DNA of 64,000 bases from Cirrosporium novae-zelandiae (lineage: Eukaryota), in contig JAPETS010000015.1 in NCBI GenBank assembly GCA_026023565.1, forward strand, positions 248,001-312,000. Reading direction: 5' to 3'. Positions 35,119 through 47,582 of the stretch are shown piece after piece (position 1 is the stretch's first letter; each line of letters opens with the position of its first letter). The notes below the pieces were generated by a model. That model saw only the letters and a program-made list of their open reading frames with translations, had not been told where the DNA came from and did not search any database. The translations under genes were made by a program, and so were the position numbers.

Positions 35119-38100
35119 ATGTTTCAAGGTTCTACTAACCGGCGTCGGGCGGAAATCTAATTCAACTGGTAAAGATATCCTAGATCGGGTGTATTGTTCG
35201 CATTTATACCGGAGAATTGAGGCGTTTTGCGAAAACCCACAATCGGTTTGGTATATATATACAATGGGGGGTTTAAAAAACAAATAGACTCTTTTTCCAT
35301 TGTTTGTTTACGTACGGGGGGCGTGTGGCAAAGATTTGATTTTGTATTTTTTTGGTCAAGGGCTCGCTCGAGGTGTACAACTCCTTTACCACATTATCGC
35401 CGCCACCATCTAATCCTCCTTGATCAACAACAGCGTCTTTTTTTTCTTGTGTATTTTTCCGTGTGTCATGTTCTAGTTCTAGAGTTCATGCACACTTTGT
35501 CAACCATCCAAACCCATGTTATCAGATCAAACAGGGAGGGAGAAGAAAAAGTACTTGAAGATTATTTTGGTCCCAATTGTGCTGTTGTTCAAGTTTCCAA
35601 CCGTTTTTTTCGTCCTCTATGCGAGCGAGGGAGGGGAGAAATCGGTTAGTTGATTTATAATTAACATCAACGGATATATATATATGTATAATGGATCTAT
35701 TATATACAAATAAATATCGTAAAATTATAAAATACCCAATGGATTCAGTGTGAGCTGTGGTTCCTATTTGTAGATTTTGTGGGTTTGTGGGCTTGTCTAT
35801 ATAGAGAGGTCTGTTTATGGAGGTGCGTATACATACATACATACATACATACATAGTCTAGTACAGACAGTACTGATAATACTCATGGGATGGATGCTTA
35901 CTCGGTTAGTTATCTACTTGCTTGCATCAAGCCCCTAGGCCGTAGGAGAACGTGCACATGAGTTAGGCTTTTCAAGGGAGAAGGACGGCGGCGTTCGGGG
36001 TTGGAAAGAGATTGTTACTGTAGCTTATTGAAGAATGAATGGTTAGAATAGTTAGTCAGTTAGTTTTAGAGAGATATATATTGTTTTTCTTAATACTTTC
36101 TTTGAAATAGCGTTTATAATATATAAACCAGGCTGCGTCATAAAAAAATGGGGTTTCGGTGTCACGTGTTAATTGGATTGATTGATTTCTTTTATGTTTG
36201 ATAGATAGATAGTTCTGAGTGTATATGTACTGTATGTGTGTATGTGTGTAATTATGTGTGAAGGTTGGATTGTGGTGTCTATCTAACCAATAGCCGGCTG
36301 GCTTGATGGATAGAGGAATGGATGGATGGAAGAGAGGGATAGGGATAGGGATAGGGATACAAGCCCTCTATTGGGGATGAACAGGGTTCGTTGACTCTGC
36401 TAGAAAAAACATTGATATCTTAGTTAACTCGCCCAAAACAATCTGGTCTTTGACTTGTTTTTCTTTGGTGTAGTCTTTTAGGTCAGGGCGTTCTGGTACC
36501 TGGAGATGAAATTTAAAGTCTGGTTTAAGGTTATCTGCCCTGCAGTTTTGTTTGCTTGTTTGCTTGTTTGGGCTGAGCGCGTATTGGTTAAGGATGAAGA
36601 GGAAGCTGTGGGGGGTTTCTCTTCGGCTTGTGATCGTGGTTGGGGATTTGGAGATTTAGTTAATCTGCTTATGCTGATTTATGTGTAGGACTCTCGAACT
36701 AGGCTATGATGATATTAAATATCTGCTATAAGTTATATTATCTCAAAGCATTGTAATGTGTCTAGGCGTTAGCTGCTCGGAGATCCCTTTGCTGTTACTA
36801 TCCTGCTATAGTATTTCACGGCCAAGAGAGCTACGGTCAGTAGGGTCACTATATATAGGAGCAGGGCAGATAAAACTTTTCACTGGTAGCTGCTTCAATC
36901 TAGCATTCTCCATGAACTATTTTGAGTGTTGAAAGTAAACTTGGCGCTCCCGTAAGGCGGTCCATTACCTGTTCTTATGATATGATTTCTGCTTCGTACC
37001 CTTGACCCTTATAGCTGTTGCACTACTTCTGTTGCACGCAAACTTTGCCATAATGGTCGTAGACCTATCCCATGGAGGTGACAGATCTTTGCTATCTTCA
37101 TACTTGAAACTTGTTGTTGGTATTCTTTTGGTTATTGTTGTATTTGCGGTAGACGTAACGGCATTGTGGGATGTTAAGAGGTGGTTGTTACGTCTAGTAG
37201 ACTAATGCTAAAAATATAATTTCCTTAATGGGCATTTCTGTTACTTATTTTAGTCAAAAGCCCCCCTAACATTATAAATGCGTGGATTGACTCCAATCAA
37301 AAAACTAATTTTAGTCAATGCATTGTCTTGTCTGAAGGCTTCCCCGGTGTGAATTGGTGGATTCTCTCGCTTTTAACATTTATTCACGTCCTTGGTTGTT
37401 TCATGCACGAGAAGATTAAATGCCAATAACACAGTATCAGAAAAGGCCAATTGTACAGCGGAAAATATGCCAGAGAACTGGATTTCAGAATTTAAGACAA
37501 AAAATTTAGGTGTAAAACTGTAAGAGTGTGATGGGAAGATGAGTGATGTGATTGAGTTGATCCCTCGAGTGAAAGGAAAAACAGGCCTAACTCCTGAGAT
37601 ATTGAAGTAATCATGAGGCCTCCTTCGGATGTTTACCAAGCAATGCAATTTCTAGGTACAGAAAGAGCTCGAGAGAGAAATCAGAGAATACTTTGTACCT
37701 TATATCAATTCCACATTGAAGCATTTCTACTGTGGTATCAGGTGAAATATTCCTTGTCGGATGCCATAAATACCAGGTTGAGTTCAATTCCCAGAGCGCT
37801 AGTGATTGGTCACACTGGTATCAGTGTCCTGCTTTCTTTAATGGTGGGGGGTCTCCACACCAAATTTAGTGATTTCACGAAGCTTTTAGGCGATACCTGG
37901 TATAGTAACTACCATATGCCATTTGTATGGAGGTGGAGTATAAAGTTGATGATCTCCTAGAGTGTCTTCCAATGTCGCACGCTAGCAGGGGTGTCATGTA
38001 AGGATTATAATAGGTCAGATAACTATTTTCAGGCAGAGTCAGGCATCAAGTTTTTTGATAAATAACATTGAGCCTCAAGATCTTATCATTAGACCAATAA

Positions 38101-40485
38101 ACCTTTCAGCATTACCCCCCCTGCTAGCGTGCCACATTGGAAGACGCTCTATGAGATAGGTAATATTTCGTATGATATTATAGTAAATTTGAAAGTATTA
38201 TTTGGGCCTGGCTTTAGGATCTTGGGATCCTTGGTACCAAGACGAGGACTCGACTTCGGAATCCGTTTCCAGACCTTCAGAAATTGAAATAGATAGATCT
38301 TTAGATCAGTCGCATTGCCAAGAAGGAAATCTGCAGCTCCACCTGCAGTGGGATTTGGTTGGTAGGGCTTTTGCAGTAAATCACCATAAATCTTAACCAA
38401 AGACATACAAGCCTCCAAGCCTCCTGAGAGCTGAAAAGCATTGAGTCATTTGGAATTTCAGCTAAATGTAGTGAATCATTCAAGATCCCAATCAAATATC
38501 ACACCGTCGGGATCGTGTTGCGTCTGAAATATGACGAGTGTTTGGACAGCATGCTTTAGAGAATGAAAGGATTCGATGACACTAATAGGCATCAGGCTGC
38601 CAGCGCCTTGAGAGGGGTTGCGGAGGACAGGAGTGGAGGGTAGATGGACTAGTTAGACATGTTAGCGAGAGCGGGCGAATATTCATACTTTGCCACTACC
38701 CGTCTACTCGAGTATAAGCGCAGTGGCTTGCCAGAGTGGTGAAGTATAACTGGGATGGGAAATAAAATATGCTTCTGATCTCCTTGGCACAACACGCTTC
38801 CATTTGACATGAACCTCCCTGTCAGAGATGGTGTTCCTAAGGAGCTGTTTCCTTGAATGCGGAGAAAGAGAAACATGTTTTTCAAGGCATCCTTTAGCCA
38901 ACATCACGGAGGGGTTTTTTCTTCTTGTTAGATGAGCGGCAATGAATTTCCAAAATCATTTAACGACGATGAGCTGAGGTTAGAGCGACAACTGCCATGC
39001 CTTGTATTCACATAAGTGGTGTTTGTGGTACTGTACAATGAGGGGTGGCTGTGCAGTGGTGGCCGTCAAGGCAACAAGATTAGATAGCAAAAGACTGGTC
39101 ACTGCATGTGGGTTACACGCGAGGGATTCTCTGTGGCTGAAAGAAAGGAGGGGGAAAATTAAAAGGACAAGAAGGATTTGAAGCCTGGACGGGGCGAGTG
39201 GTCAGGAGAGGATGATGGGTCGCTTTTCATATGGGATAGATGATTGATGTCCCTTGATGTCCCTTCTTAACGTCCTGAGGACCAGAGAGGGGTTTCCCAA
39301 AGACAGCCGGTTTATGATTGGATGAATGAATGTACTGTGATAGTGATTACTGATTGACTGACTGACTGATTGATTGATTGATTGATTGATAGTCATAGGA
39401 TTTTAAGCTTCACCTTCTCATTATTTTTAGTTGATGGGGGAGGAATTCCGTGAGGTTGGTATATCATGGTCGGGTCCGAGAGTTATCTCCAGGTACCGAG
39501 GTAATTACCTATTTAGGTAAATTAAAAAGCTTCTGGAGCTTTCTAGATGACAGGCACGACTTCAAGTACCGTACTCGAATATACCAAATAACTGTATTAT
39601 CGGATCGGAGGACTGCTAACCTCCTCCGTGGCCGTGCCCTGGTCCGTCCATCAGCGCCGTATCCGTGTTTTATTCACAATTACTCACACAAGAGTCACAA
39701 CTTTTCTCTCGGTACTGACGTCGTTGGAGCTTAATTACCACCCCAAATACCGCCCCACACCTCTTAAGGATTCTTTTTACGAACAGGCCAATCATATCAT
39801 CTTTGCCCTCCATCACCGCCTCTTGAAAACCTCTGGTCAATTGGGTTTTCTGGGGCTGAGTGATTTTGATAAGAATATCTGTATCTGCTGAGTATGTAAC
39901 ATGGGGCAGGTTTCCCTCTAGTCTCGTGTCTCTTCTCATTCGAATCAATCTTCTGCTGGCTTCGGTTCCTCCATCCCCTAACTTCTGTCCAAGGTTAATG
40001 TTAATGTAAAAGAGGGTACATAGTATGTACTGAGTACTGTATTATTCAATAGATGGCTAGGCAACAACAAAACTCCAAAGAATTAACCAGAAGCCCTTGA
40101 ACAACTGCACTAAAAACCAATTCTAACCAGACCATCGGTCATCGGAAGTAAATGGAATTGCGAGCTCATCATTATTTATTTCCTTCCCACATTTTCTATT
40201 CCAAGGCTTGTTACAAAACTAATCCACGGTACAAAGTTCCTTCGATTTCCGTTGTGGATCTCATTTTCTTTATTAAATGCTTGGAAGATTCAGGAGAGCT
40301 GTCGGTCGATTTTTCTCCGTATTGTTCTTGGATGGTTTGTATATTATACCCTTTGACTTCTGCCGGTATCTTGGGTAATTATATCCTCGTACTCGTACCT
40401 TATCCAACACATTCGCAAATCCCTTCGGCCTCCTTCTCCTTCTGGAAACCTATCGCCGTTTGAGGCTTGACATGATAACCTACCT

Positions 40486-42439
40486 ATGGCTGGCAAAGAC
40501 GAATTGCCTGATGCACCTATAAAGAGGTCAAGGGCGAGCAAGCCCAAGGTCAAGACCGGTTGCATTACCTGTAAGGTACGCCATCGACCCAATGACTGAG
40601 CAATACACTCTGGGCGTTTAAAGGATAAGCTCTCTGAATATCCGGGTTTGAACCAAGTCAACGGTGGAATCAGTCGCCACCTAATTATTACCCTACCAAT
40701 TGCTGACTCGTCATTCACAGATACGACGCATCAAATGTGATGAAGGAAAACCTTCTTGTTATCGATGTACTTCCACTGGACGGAAATGTGACGGTTATGC
40801 TATCATTCCAGATAAGCGGACCAGGGCCTTGACGCATGTCAGCAGGCGAGAAAGGAGTAACAGCAGTTCTCCAGCTCTCAGCGAATGCAGCTGTTCTATC
40901 TCATGCCCTAGCCATACAGAGCAGACTCTAACGAACATGTTCACCGTTTCTCAAGGAACCCCGTCAGAACGTCATGCTTTAGAGTTCTTCCAGTACTATA
41001 CTGTACCAGCCTTCTCGGGCTATTTCGAGTCTGTTTTCTGGAAGAATTTGGTCTTGAGAGTGAGTTCGAGGGAGCCTGCTATTCGTGAAGCTGTCATTGC
41101 CTTTGGTGCTCTTCATCGTGGGTATCAGTATGCTGGTCTCGCGAATAAGAGCGTCACCAAATGGCGGCAGGAACCTTCCTACTTGTTTGCCTTGCAACAC
41201 TATGGCAAGGCCATACATCTCCTTACCTTACGGATGAATGAGCAATCCGCAGATAGCCTGCAGCTTGCTTTGATCTTTTGTGCCCTCTGTCTCTGCTTTG
41301 AGGTTATGCATGGAAGCTATGTGGAAGCACTGGTCCATCTAATATCTGGTCTGAATTTGGTCCAACAGCGTCAAATGTCTCTGTCAGCGATGACATCCTC
41401 GCCTCACGAGATAGACCTGAAGGGTACAGATGATTATATTACCATTTTCAAAATATTCAATCAATTTGACAATCACGCATCCTCCTTCATGAGCGAACGG
41501 CCCACACAGCTGCCTATATCGGCGAATAGACTGAATAAGTTCGAAACCATCGAGCAAGCACGAGACCAACTTGAAATATTGACAAGTGCAATGTATGTCT
41601 ATAATCGCACCATGGCTTTTGGGTTGAGATATAAAAACCCCGATGAAATACCGATCCACGTTAGGACAAGGCAGGCACAACTTCAAGAATCCTTCCGTCA
41701 ATGGTCACAGATGCTGGATGAACTTCTGGAAGACAGAAAGCATAAACTTGATGTTCGATCAATCAAGGGTGCCATGCTATTGAAAATGCAACATCGGGTT
41801 AGTTATATGAATCTAGTATGGTGTCTTGCGAGGTCTGAAGGAGTGACGGCCAAATACTTTGAAAACCTCTTCGAAGAAATTGTTTCTTATGGAGAGACTC
41901 TCCTAAAGACCGCAGACGATGATGAAGTACCCCAATCAATTTTTAAGGCCTATACTGGAGTGGTCTATCCTCTTTACTTCTCCGCGCAGCGGTGTCGTAA
42001 TCCTTCTATTCGCAGGCGTGCCGTTGGTGCTTTGGCCCGTTCAACTCGAGAAGGGACGTGGAATGGACCTCTCCTAGCAAAGATAGTTGCAAAGTGTATC
42101 GAGATTGAAGAAGAGGGAATAGAGCCAGGCCAAGAAATTCCAGAATCAAAGCTACTTCATACATTCCACGCAGACTACCGATTTGAAGATGAAGATCGTA
42201 TTATTCTTAATTGCAGGCGGACTAACGACCCTAACTTTCAAGAGTGGGAGGATTTTGAAGACGTTGTCTATTTGGACCAGACGGATTGCCCGTCCATTGC
42301 TGGTACCCAAGCACCATCTATTTTATTTCCTTTTTTGCTGTACAATATTCACAACTGCGCGGAGCCTTCGCTAGGTTATTTTTTGGAGGAATATTCAAAA
42401 AGGGCCAGGTTGCTAGCCCAGGATGCAACAATGACTTGA
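40486..42439 (+). CDS. Zn(II)2Cys6 fungal transcription factor
   Basis: KVKTGCITCK|IRRIKCDEGKPSCYRCTSTGRKCDGY split by intron 40576-40720; C-terminal fungal TF domain (FW..LVL..S..EPAI..AVIA.GALH). Confidence 0.93.
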
Positions 42440-42706
42440 ACCTAGAGTTGGCCAGGTTGATCGTCTTGATTCTCTTGTGCCCCAAGAATAGAAGTTATGG
42501 TTCAAAGTTAGAATCTGTTAGGGGTTGGAACACCCTTCAACATTAGATTCAAATGTGCGAATTTGGGAACGGGAATAGGTTTTGGCGTTTTAGCATTTAA
42601 TGTGCTATATTGGATGCTTGTTCTGATGAGCTTGATATTGAATTGATGGCCCCATCTTTTTTTTGTCACGTCTCCGACAAAATCTACAGGGTCCAGGCTC
42701 TATTGT

Positions 42707-43720
42707 TCACCAGCTCTGATTCACTTCACCAGAAATATTCTGGAAGACTTTCAAACCCATTCTCCCTAACGCGGTTCCTACTGCGACAGCATTTGCGCCA
42801 ACACACCTCATTCTACGATACCCAGCAGCGTCATCAACACCACCAACGCCAATAATTTGGATTCCTTTCAACTCTGGATCCTTATCCAACATGCTCCTAA
42901 TAGTTCTCACATTCCCCAAGGCCAACGGATGCAACGATGTACCCGCCATCCCTCCAATACCGGTCCCGGTCTCGGAACCGAGTGCAGGCTCTTGTGTCGA
43001 AATATCAAGCACCAGGCAACCACCCAAGGTGTTAGTTGCGGTGATAAAAGATGTTGGCGTTGGAATGCCGTCCACAGCTTCTGTGGACTTGCGCAGTGCG
43101 CTGATCAACGCGTCGAACTGTCCTTGATAGGTGTAGGGAGGGGTCTTGATGCCGACGTTAATCCGGTGGTGGTTAGAACTCCATCTCTTCAGGATGCCCT
43201 TCTTCAAGGTTTGCAGATAATCTTCCAGCACAGATCCATCGTAAGCAGGTGGGGGTTTTCCAGAAATATTTGGGCAGGAAAGATTGACTTCCATCAATAG
43301 AGGGATTTGGAGGGTGATCTGCTTTTCACAAATCATGTCATAACTATGTACAACATCCTCGACGGAGCCAGTTACAGAAATAACCCAGGGTTTCTGCTTA
43401 ACGGGGCTATCGCCAGCTTCTTTAGAGATAGCAGCAATAATATCTAGATATTCATGTAACGGAACAGGACTGTATCCTAGGGTATTTAGACTCGATGAAC
43501 TTAGCTCAGGACCTCTCTGGTCATGGAAGGCACCAGTTTTACCATCAAAGAAGCAAAATTGATGGATTTTCTCATCTTGGGGAAAGCCTTTGCCGTAGAG
43601 ACTGGTTCGGACAGTCACGGCACCGGTGTTGGGGCAAGAGTGGAGAGCCTGGAGGTCTTCTTTGGAGCTACACCAAGGATTGGCTGAGTTGAGGAGAGGT
43701 GGATGAAAGTTGAGAGACAT
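42707..43720 (-). CDS. DHO1: Class-1A dihydroorotate-dehydrogenase-like FMN enzyme, probably dihydrouracil oxidase
   Basis: Intronless 337 aa; EVNLSCPNISGKPPPAYD loop, GIKTPPY, TATNTLG, GGMAG..LHPLALGNV, IIGVGGV, VGTAL; substrate motifs diverge from Ura1 (NSANPW, VRTS, LNTLGYS). Confidence 0.8.
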   Translation of the reverse strand: MSLNFHPPLLNSANPWCSSKEDLQALHSCPNTGAVTVRTSLYGKGFPQDEKIHQFCFFDGKTGAFHDQRGPELSSSSLNTLGYSPVPLHEYLDIIAAISKEAGDSPVKQKPWVISVTGSVEDVVHSYDMICEKQITLQIPLLMEVNLSCPNISGKPPPAYDGSVLEDYLQTLKKGILKRWSSNHHRINVGIKTPPYTYQGQFDALISALRKSTEAVDGIPTPTSFITATNTLGGCLVLDISTQEPALGSETGTGIGGMAGTSLHPLALGNVRTIRSMLDKDPELKGIQIIGVGGVDDAAGYRRMRCVGANAVAVGTALGRMGLKVFQNISGEVNQSW

Positions 43721-43780
43721 GATTGCTTATTATGGAGGAATAGTTGAGTTGAGTGGAAAGTAACATTGTCTTATAAGGAA

Positions 43781-43872
43781 GATAACAGAGATTGTAATTA
43801 TCAGACATTAGGATTCTCCTTGGTACCTAGATAGTTTACGGGATAACAATTCAAAAGTGATTGATAAGATAA
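43781..43872. promoter_or_regulatory. Cluster of GATAA sites (putative AreA/Nit2 elements) upstream of the DHO1-like gene
   Basis: GATAA at 43781, 43842, 43863 and 43868 on +, TTATC at 43798, plus AGATAG at about 43829, all 60-150 bp upstream of the ATG. Confidence 0.5.
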
Positions 43873-44238
43873 ATTAATTAATTAATTGGTGCCTGAATAA
43901 ATGCCTGAATTTTGCTAGGATCGACCTTTACCTAAACTGTCGGTAGACTTTGCACGGACCACTTCTTTTCAGTTTGAGCTTTCCCTTCGTAAAGCTCGCG
44001 CAACTCTTTTGAAGAACGCGACAGCCAGAATTTGCGACCATCTTTCTTCAACTCATTATTATAGAGACCCAAGTAAAGTGTTGATTGTAGGGGTGGATAG
44101 CTCCTCTTGAACTCTAAGAGATTCTTGTGTGTTAATTTCTCATCATCTCTCGAATTCAACTTACACACCTCATCGAAAGGCACGAAGAAGGATAACTTAA
44201 ATGAACAGCTAATAGCGGCCACCACTACCGAGTCGACA

Positions 44239-46225
44239 ATGAAAATGGATCGACCTCAACGCAGATTGAAGATGCCAGGCATTGGTCCTAAAAGCGCACC
44301 GCAGGCCTTCATGGCCAGCTATGCTCCACGACTTCGCACTTACGGCAATGCTCTCATGGCTCCAGTGATTCCAAATGCGACTCAGACCCCTCTAGTGAGA
44401 ATGACAAAGCGAGGAACGACTGCTATCAACTATGCAGAAGATGGATTTGATGATGAAGACTTTGAGGATAGTGATCGCCTCCGCAGACCAACTGGGTTAC
44501 GCAGTCTCCGACATGAGCAGAGTCAAGACAGACCGCACGCTACCGAGAAGTTGGGATTGGAGCTGAGAGGTCCTGTTGAAATTCAAGGAATATGGAGGGA
44601 TTGGATGGCGAAACCTAAAGTGTCAAGGTTAGATCCAAATAATTTTGTATAGGAGTGCTAATCTAAAGTTTGATCTGAAGAACTGAAAAACAACTTCATG
44701 CCCAAGACCAGCTGCCAGTCACATTAATACCTATCCGAATCGATCTTGAGATCCCGGCATTTATTCCTGAAAGGCCTATGCCACTGCCCCCAAACTTCAA
44801 CGAATTCGGCATTGACCCCAATAAACCTGCCTATAAAACCCCAGACCCAGTTCCCCAATATCGAATTAAGGATGTATTTCTTTGGAATCTCCATGAAACG
44901 CTGATGACACCTGAAGAGTTTGCGCTACAGTTCGTTCGCGATCTGGATTTGCCCCATCAAGGAAACTTGGTTGTTCAGATCAGCGACCAAATTCGCCAAC
45001 AACTGGAACAATATGCTGGAGTAGCTCTTCACCCTTTATTTCAGCATTCTACCCAAGGCAAAACTACCAGTGGAACTGCTCTACAGCCAGTACGTGCTGG
45101 ACTTTCGCGCACAGAATCTCGTATGGATTCTCGCACCCAGTCACGGGCTGCCTCGCGGACTCCTGCACGAACCCCTGGCCAGATTACAGACTTTGCAACA
45201 CCTCTCACGAATGGTCACCCCGAAACTAACGGTTCAACCTCTCCATCTGTTCTCCCTGATTCTATTACTGCAACTGCAGAGCCTCTCTCAGAGGTAAATG
45301 ACACCGACGAACTTAACCCAGATGATACCTATCGTTGTACAATCAACCTTACCATTAACCTTATTAACAAGCTGTACACTGATAAGTTTGAATGGTCCTT
45401 GCTCCATCCACCAGGTTTTGCTGAGCATTTTGCACGCCAGACCTGTGCAGATATTGGCCTTCCAGCTGAATGGGTCCCCGTGATGACACATGCTATCTAT
45501 GAGGCTGTACTACGCCTGAAGAAGGAAGCATGCGAAAGTGGTGGCCTTATTGCAGGTATCAGTTATGGCGGTGAAATGGATAACCAAGCTGCAGATCCTA
45601 AACTTGAAGCTGGTTGGAGGTACGATGACGAGAATCTATGCGAGGAGTGGAGTCCGTCCGTCGAAATCCTCAGTAAAGAGGAGATTGAAAAGCGTGAAGG
45701 AGATCGTGAACGTCAAATCCGCCGTATTCGACGTGAAACAGCTCGCTTCTCGAGTTCTGCTGTTATGAATCTCAATCTGGGCTGGGAGAATGGCATTGAT
45801 AGTAACGCGGAGACGCCTATGGGTCGTGGTGAACGTAGGAAGAGACGGCGCTTTAGGAGTGCTAGCCCAAATGCAAGAAGCGGGACTCCTATGGGAAGAG
45901 GGACTCCAGAGGGCTACGGTGGTGCTGGTGGAAACCTTACTGATTATGAGAGACAGACTTGGCGCTGTGCGCATTGTCTAGTTTGGGGTAACGCAGTGTG
46001 GGCAGTTAGAGATGGGCCGGCAGGGCCAAGGGTATGTTTTGATTTCCTTGACTTATTTCTTTGCTTTGTGGCTTGGTGCTTGAGAATATCGGCGCAAATT
46101 ACTGATATGTGTGACTTGTACAGACTCTTTGCAACAATTGCGGCCTAATATACGAGCGGGAACGGAAACTCCCCAGCTCAACAAAGGATCTACATCGTTC
46201 AGACATTCCTATTGTGCCTCGGTAG
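44239..46225 (+). CDS. SFH1: RSC chromatin-remodelling subunit Sfh1 (SNF5 family) with C-terminal GATA-like Zn finger, 2 introns
   Basis: PQAFMASYAPRLR, RGTTAINYAED, LIPIRIDL, IKDVFLWNL..MTPEEFA, YTDKFEWSL, RERQIRRIRRE, WRCAHC..GPAGPR|TLCNNCG. Confidence 0.92.
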
Positions 46226-47582
46226 ATACCATCAACTTGTCGCACGCCTTCCTCATTGCATTCTAGAAGATCTATCGAAAATATTTGGTTTATAATACAT
46301 ACGCATAATGCTAAATGTGGGGAATGGTTAAACAATGGATTGTTTAGGGGGAATTAGTAAGGTAGAGGGCAACACTATCCTACCAGACGAGAAGACAAAG
46401 TCCACACGCGATCTGAAATGCAATAGAGGCTGCTAGAAGCCTCCCGAGGAATAACGCCATTGGCGAATCATTGTCTTTGAGTGAAGGCTCAGATGATGAA
46501 CTTGATTTACCAGATGATCCAGAAGCTCAGAATTTGATTCTGTGTAACTTCGAAGGAGAATATCTCAATCCGCATCGATGACACGCCTTGATATTTTCCC
46601 ATAGGAGGTACATGCATTATCGACACACCAATCACCCTGGGGGTATATCTAACATTATCCCCGACATGAAAGAATTTAGTAAAGGGGAGGGGTTGATAAA
46701 ACTTGCGAAATTCGACAAAGACAAGGTCAGTGAGGTATTGATGCCTCCTCATCCACACACCATTACAACTATCATTATTATTTCTAACCCGCCTATTATC
46801 TCATCAAAAATATCGCCATATCTCTTCCTCACCCTCTTGATTCTCCTTCATTATTTCCAACAACTTCTTTAACAACAGCGGCATTTCCTCCTTGATATCC
46901 GGTAACTTTGACGAACTTCGCGCTAGTCGCAAAGTAAGTAAAGTGTGGCTTAGCTACCACAGATGTAAACATTGGAGGTAAGGTGTGACAGCATTATTAG
47001 CAGCAGCCGCAGCAGCAGTAACGAAAAGGTTTACGGGACAAACAACAAGCGAATGGGCAAGGGAAAGAATGGGCGTTTGGCATTAGCATCGGCATTAGCA
47101 TCGGTAGTATCACTCACGGTGTTTAGTTTAAGAGCGAAAGAGGGATGGAACGGGGACATAAAGGGAGCAAAGGAGTAGACTGGGGGTCATTTAAAAATTT
47201 GTATGAGTAGCTTTTTTTTGATACCACAGGTGCGAATTCGGAGAAATATATAATAATGGGTTCTTTGCTAAGCATCTACTAATTTAATACCTTTTTTTTT
47301 TGCTGGATTGGATTGTGGCTATGATAGGTAGGGTGTTAGGGTACTTTTTCCCTTTTTTGTTGTTTATTTTCAGGGGAAATAGGGTGGGTAGTGGTCTTAT
47401 TCCTCCCTTCAATCCATCTTCCTAAATGCCTTTCTTTGGATTGGTGACTAGTCGGTTAGTTAGAGATGTAAGTTCTAACTAACTCGTGCGACTGGTCATC
47501 GATGAGTCCCCAGGCACACTACATACACCACACCAGTCAGCCAGCCAGCCCCTCTCTCAAGAGCATCGGCGAGTGAGTACGT

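Noticed and set aside
36500..38900. Short hydrophobic ORFs (one with WGFG..V.LL) and other coding-like fragments
   Set aside because: Cannot be joined into a gene; possibly decayed genes, needs a translated search
46440..46940. Possible small spliced gene between SFH1 and DPP3
   Set aside because: Donor-like sites are present but there is no consistent open frame or known motif
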